Made by a program: the position numbers and the translations under genes. Below, piece by piece: positions 60,760 to 64,000 of a stretch of 64,000 nt of DNA (position 1 is the stretch's first letter; every line of letters starts with the position of its first letter). The notes under the pieces are model-generated. The model was not told the origin of the DNA and searched no databases. It saw nothing but the letters and a program-made list of their open reading frames with translations. The stretch covers positions 90,396,001 through 90,460,000 of the forward strand of contig NC_043005.1 of NCBI RefSeq assembly GCF_006345805.1, given 5' to 3'. Source of the stretch: Octopus sinensis (taxonomy: Eukaryota).

Positions 60760-63238
60760 GTAAATATCTTTCTTGAAATTATCGTCTTCACTATATTTAT
60801 ATTTTTTTTTTACTCTTTTATGATCACATTTCTAAGGAAATAAATTCTTTTTTTTTTCTTTAATCTTTTACTTGTTTCAGCCATTCGTCTGTGCCCATGC
60901 TAGGGCACCACCTTGAAAAATTTTGAGTCAGATTAACTGACCTTGTACTTATTTTCTTTAAAGCCTGGTTCTTATTCCATCAGTTACTTTTGCTGAACCG
61001 CTAAGTTACATGGACATAAACACATCAATACCAGTTGTCGAGCAATGACAAGAGACAAACACAAACACATACATATGGGTTTCTTTCATTATTTTCCAAA
61101 TTCATTAAAACAATGTATTTCAACAGAAATTTGGTAAAGGAAAAGTTAACCCTTTTGCTACCAACTGCCTAAGACTACCCCTGGTTTTATGATGCACACT
61201 GCCTGTTTTAAAGTGATCTTAATTAAAGCTTATAACGAAAATTTCATTTTAATTCATCACCAGCTTAATAATGACAGAATTCGTTTACTAAATTCATTAT
61301 TTCCTAAATTATTTGAAACAAAGACAATGTGGTTTAACAAAAAAGTTAAAATAGGTTGTTTTGTCTCATAAACCCGGTGACCCTCTTGCAGGTTGGTCTC
61401 AAGAGTTAGAATTCTTTCCTTTTTAGTTTCGTACATCTATTCTATATTGTGTGTGTGTGTGTGTCAGTCACTGTCTTATCCATTTCCAATCTTCTGCGAA
61501 ATTACGTTCGGGGACGAATTTTCGCAGAAGATTGGAAATGAATAACACCGCTCATAATATGATGAACGCACACACACACGGCCAGCTTCTTTCCGTTTCC
61601 GTCTACCAAACCAAACTCACAAGGAAGTCGACCTGATACTGTAAAAGATTTGGCGATCCTTCGGTATAAGTACACACGTGGCTTTGTTTACATTTGTGAA
61701 GATAATAGAAACCCTTTTCTCCCACCCCTAACCCTAACCCCCATATATAAAAAAAAAAACACTTTCTTGAAATGTATTCGGTACTTATACCGAAGACTTT
61801 TGTTTGGAGCAGCTTAAATAATGTAAACACTATCAATATGACGTACTTCATTTCTGTGCGTTATTAAACTCTGTGAAGCCGCGGTACCTCGTCCAGGCTA
61901 GATTCCAGCAAGACCTATTGTGTTTAAAAACACAGAATGTCACAAAGTTTGACGAAACGAAATCGCTCCATGTCACGCAGTGGGATTGAACCCAACATTA
62001 CCTGGGTGGGAAGCGAACTTCCTCACTATGCAGCCATGTCTGTGCTTATATACAGTCACTGATAATTTTACATCTCCAACGACTGGCCACTTTAAAATTG
62101 TCTTGGTCGGGAAAAGAATGCGAACCATTGACCTCTGAACTGGTTAACTGTTGCTCTTACAACATCTGTTATACTACGGTGGGGAAATGGAATCTTGTGC
62201 TATAACCGATATCGGCACATTTCAGTATCAATAAAGGATATTTGGTGCAACTGTAACAAGTGATAGACTAGTTTGCATTGCTGTGATCTTAATTAACCTC
62301 ACAGTAAAGACGTTAGAGTGTTTGATAGATTGCTTTGTGGGGGTAGTCGTTCGGGCTCTTTGCATTCTGGGTTCAAAATCTGCCGAGTTTTGGCGCTCAG
62401 CCTTTCCAAGGTCGGTGAAGTAATTTATTGTACTGGGGTCGATTCTTAAAACTTTCTTTCTGCCTGTCTATCAGTATCTCTCTTTCTCTCTATAAGAAAT
62501 CGACTGGGGTCAGATTTCGAGAGGGATTCACCCTGCCACACCCAAAAGTTGTCCTGAGACACGTCGTTATGTCTCCACGGTTCTATCAAGTATTTGAAGG
62601 CCCAAGGCAAGGAGGCAAAAAGCAAGGCAATTAAACAAATTGTCCAGAAGTCTAAGGGAAACAACTCTTGCATATATTATTTTGAAGCCTGATATCGAGA
62701 TTATTGGAGATAAAAGATTTATTGCTTTGGCGAGAGAGCTGGATCGTCATCAGCATCATTGTCATCATCATCGTTGTCATCTTTATTATCATGATTGAAA
62801 CTTCCGCTAATTCTTTTGAATGATCACATCCCTACCCTATTAAACAAAAAAAAAAAGCGTTTGGAATATCAAGTCCATGATACACTATGTTTGAAACAAA
62901 AACATAGGGTGGGTGATCTTGCTTGAAATAATTTTAATCACAGGTCTCTCAAATCAGGGTCAACGTGGTTGCTGCTTGACCCACTAAAAATAGCAGCCAA
63001 ATATCCCTTGAACGACACTGTTGTCCGAAAAAAAAGTTACGATGGAGGGGTAATGATGCAGGAAAATAAGATTGGATGGTCATGGTTGGAGTAATTTTCG
63101 TTATAGGTTTGTTCACTTACGTCTGATCTGGAGTTAAACATCGGCAATAGCGATCATCATCATCATCGTCATCACTGTCATTTACCATAGTCAATACTAC
63201 ACCACCATGTCGTCACTGCTACCACCACCACTATTTTC

Positions 63239-63650
63239 GGATCTTTTCGGTTTGAACGGCAGTTTTTTCTAGCGGTGTCATATGAAATTGTCACCCATAA
63301 TTATGACCCTAGCATCGATCTATTGCATTTCAATCTCTTTTAGGGTTAGGGGTGGGGAGAAGGGTATCTTTTTTTTCTTCAGAAATGTAAATAAACCCAA
63401 TCTGTTTCTTAAACGAGGGACATATTCATACGGCACAGAATGTTTTTTACCTCAATAGACGTCATTGATTGGTTGAAATTGCAGAATTGAAGAAAAAAAA
63501 CAACAAATATCTTACAAACTATAGAATTTTCTGAATAAAGCCAAGAGAAAAAGATGTTTTATAAACTCATTCTACCAGTATATGAAGTTTAAAATTGTTT
63601 AGTTAGCTAGAAATTATGTTAAAAAACTGCCGTTCAAACCGAAAAGATCC
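63239..63650. mobile_element. 412-bp MITE, perfect 30-bp TIRs (GGATCTTTTCGGTTTGAACGGCAGTTTTTT), 8-bp TSD CTATTTTC
   Basis: TIRs and TSD (63231-63238, 63651-63658) read directly. GG termini with an 8-bp TSD suggest Merlin rather than hAT (inference). Confidence 0.92.
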
Positions 63651-64000
63651 CTATTTTCATCACTGCAATGATAACAACCACCACCACCACCACTCTCACC
63701 ATCTTTATATTTATCACTGCTTGTGAAGGTGCATGGCTTAATGGATAGGGTATTCGGCTCATAATTGTGAGGACATGAGTTCAATTCCCAGAGGTGTGGT
63801 GTGTCCTTAAGCAAGCTACTTTTTTTTTTTTTTTGCTCCAGTCCACTCAGCTGGTAAAAGTGAGTTCTACCTGTATTTCAAAGGGCCAGTCCTGTCACAT
63901 TCTGTGTCATGCTGAATGTCTCTGAGAACTATGTCATGGATTATGCATGTCTGTGGAGTGCTCAGCCACTTGCACGTTACCTTCATGAGCAGGATGTTCC

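Noticed and set aside
61726-61741. Interstitial telomere
   Set aside because: Only about two TTAGGG units, embedded in a small TIR element.

Overview
Eukaryotic genomic DNA, most likely an octopus or related coleoid cephalopod. That assignment is my inference from the repeat families and microsatellite load, not from a database search. The window is the middle of one + strand integrin alpha gene. I read 12 small GT-AG exons between 4754 and 60759 that splice into a single stop-free 1418-nt frame covering beta-propeller blades 2-7 and the start of the thigh domain, with no alpha-I domain. Both ends of the gene lie outside the window. About 97% of the gene span is intron, filled with tRNA-derived SINEs, RTE, CR1 and R4-like LINE fragments, a probable solo LTR, piggyBac-type and 8-bp-TSD MITEs, and a Penelope-like element with an uninterrupted RT + GIY-YIG frame (40462-43778). 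The most interesting signal is a set of minimal type I hammerhead-ribozyme motifs read by eye at 17490, 30620/30690, 32676, 43640, 55189 and 56031, plus a remnant at 34855. Their catalytic cores differ and covary at the 3-8 pair (C-G, U-A, G-U). Several sit at the centre of long fold-back palindromes. None of these folds was computed or tested.
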